A stretch of DNA of 32,000 nucleotides, from NCBI RefSeq assembly GCF_051307035.1, contig NZ_CP195536.1, positions 1,500,001-1,532,000 of the forward strand, given 5' to 3'. Made by a program: the position numbers and the translations under genes. Below, piece by piece: positions 30,635-32,000 of this stretch. The first letter of the stretch is position 1. Each line of letters starts with the position of its first letter. A model generated the notes under the pieces. That model saw only the letters and a program-made list of their open reading frames with translations. It had not been told where the DNA came from and made no database searches. This DNA comes from Psychrobacter sp. DM4. GTDB lineage: Bacteria; Pseudomonadota; Gammaproteobacteria; Pseudomonadales; Moraxellaceae.

Positions 30635-31765
30635 TTAAGCGTATCTGTTTTCAAAATCTATCATAAAGTCCACTAAAAGCTGTACCCACTCCAGTGGTAC
30701 CGCATTATAGATACTCGCGCGCATACCGCCGACGTCACGATGACCCTTTAAACTAAGTAATCCGGCCTGTTCTGACTCTTCTAAAAACGTTTTGTCCAGA
30801 CTGCTATTCGCTAAAGTAAATGGCACATTCATGATAGAGCGATACTGTTTATCAACGGGGTTATTATAAAAACTACTGTCATCAATGGTCTTATATAATA
30901 AATCGGCTTTTTGCTGATTAATCTGACCGATAGCTTCGACCCCGCCCTGCGCCTCTAACCAATCAAAGACTAGTCCTGCCAAGTACCATGAATAGGTCGC
31001 TGGCGTGTTCGACATCGATTCTTTGTCAGCTTGATGTCCATAGTTAAGCAGCAACGGGCACCATTCGCTCGCTTGATCTAGCAAGTCATCGCGGATGATG
31101 ACGATAAGCAGACCCGCAGGACCAATATTCTTTTGCGCGCCCGCATAAATCATCCCGTATTTGGACACATCTATCGGCTGCGACAAAATACATGAAGACA
31201 TATCAACGATGAGTGGCGCACCCACTTGCGGTGGCTCAAAGATTTGTAACCCATGAATGGTTTCATTGGCACAGTAATGAAAGTAAGCGGCGTTATCACT
31301 AAGCTGCCACTCGCTCATAGCAGGTACGGTGGTAAAATTACTGTCTTTGCCTGTGGCAACTTGATTGATACCTCCCAGACCGAGCGTCTCATAACGTTTG
31401 GCCTCTTTGATCGCTTTACCAGACCATGCGCCTGTCGTCAGATAATCGGCTGGACCACCATTTAACAAGTTCAGCGGAATTGCTGAGAACTGTAAACTGG
31501 CACCGCCTTGCAAAAACAGTACTTTATAGTTGTCAGGAATAGCCATCAAGGATCTGAGTTTACTCTCTGCTTTTTCAGCGATAGCCATATAGTCTTTGCT
31601 ACGGTGGCTCATCTCCATGACTGAGACACCGCGACCTTGCCAGTCAAGCATCTCGCTTTGGGCGCGTGCTAAGACTTCGGTCGGTATAGCCGCAGGGCCT
31701 GCGCAGAAGTTAGGCAGTCGATGTGGATCGGTTGTACTGGTTTTTGAGACTGTATTTGAAGACAT
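30635..31765 (-). CDS. serC: Phosphoserine aminotransferase
   Basis: 376 aa. N-terminal [10 protein letters not shown], the PLP-lysine context [13 protein letters not shown], and C-terminal [23 protein letters not shown]. Confidence 0.92.
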   Translation of the reverse strand: MSSNTVSKTSTTDPHRLPNFCAGPAAIPTEVLARAQSEMLDWQGRGVSVMEMSHRSKDYMAIAEKAESKLRSLMAIPDNYKVLFLQGGASLQFSAIPLNLLNGGPADYLTTGAWSGKAIKEAKRYETLGLGGINQVATGKDSNFTTVPAMSEWQLSDNAAYFHYCANETIHGLQIFEPPQVGAPLIVDMSSCILSQPIDVSKYGMIYAGAQKNIGPAGLLIVIIRDDLLDQASEWCPLLLNYGHQADKESMSNTPATYSWYLAGLVFDWLEAQGGVEAIGQINQQKADLLYKTIDDSSFYNNPVDKQYRSIMNVPFTLANSSLDKTFLEESEQAGLLSLKGHRDVGGMRASIYNAVPLEWVQLLVDFMIDFENRYA

Positions 31766-31848
31766 AGCTACTATCCTAAACAGGAAGAAATAAGAGGAGA
31801 TATTTTATATTAGTTTTATACAAAGGGATAACTATAAGTGAATGATGG

Positions 31849-32000
31849 TTAGTTGGATATCTGTTGCCACAGCTTGCGCTTAAGCGCACTGTCTGCGAGC
31901 ATCTCACTCAGCGTTGGTGTATCAGCCAAATTAGGATGCGTCAAACCTTTAGGTATTTCGGTCAACGCAGCCACTTGTATCTCCTCACTCCTACCAATTC
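31849..32000 (-). CDS. 3' end (50 codons) of an unidentified gene continuing beyond the window
   Basis: Hand translation of the minus strand: ...IGRSEEIQVAALTEIPKGLTHPNLADTPTLSEMLADSALKRKLWQQISN* with the stop at 31851-31849. The frame is open to the window edge. Too short to identify. Confidence 0.4.
   Translation of the reverse strand, partial: IGRSEEIQVAALTEIPKGLTHPNLADTPTLSEMLADSALKRKLWQQISN

Overview
This 32-kb segment reads as ordinary core chromosome of a moderately AT-rich gammaproteobacterium. The proteins and gene set look Moraxellaceae/Psychrobacter-like, but that is inference; no search was run. I support 27 protein-coding genes (18 minus, 9 plus), 8 intrinsic terminators and 3 in-frame tandem repeats. 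Gene order: partial LysR regulator | dnaX | lysS | prfA | long FabH-like KAS III | pnuC + RNK-only nadR-like kinase | Asn-rich lipoprotein | YcaP/DUF421 membrane protein | EamA transporter | MliC-like lipoprotein | orphan 3-TM protein | hrpA | orphan lipoprotein | orphan 105-aa protein | unannotated 52-aa acidic protein | fabI | folE | lipoprotein MsrA-MsrB fusion | Fe-alcohol dehydrogenase | yejF-yejE-yejB-gloB-yejA | serC | partial unknown CDS. I recognised no rRNA, tRNA, CRISPR, transposase, integrase, phage or known defence genes. I could not find a defensible novel multi-gene system. The best leads are: (1) two mismatch-free in-frame minisatellites inside essential dnaX, encoding (PE)16(PIAE)19; (2) a canonical glyoxalase II gene embedded in a YejABEF-type peptide ABC importer cluster; (3) an orphan-gene islet of about 2 kb between hrpA and fabI, with a well-signalled small ORF missing from the track and a TGA-interrupted hydrophobic mini-ORF; (4) a terminator-bracketed orphan 3-TM gene next to an MliC-like lipoprotein; (5) phased direct repeats in the fabI/folE divergent region. 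All functional calls rest on motifs read by eye and remembered family features, not on database searches.
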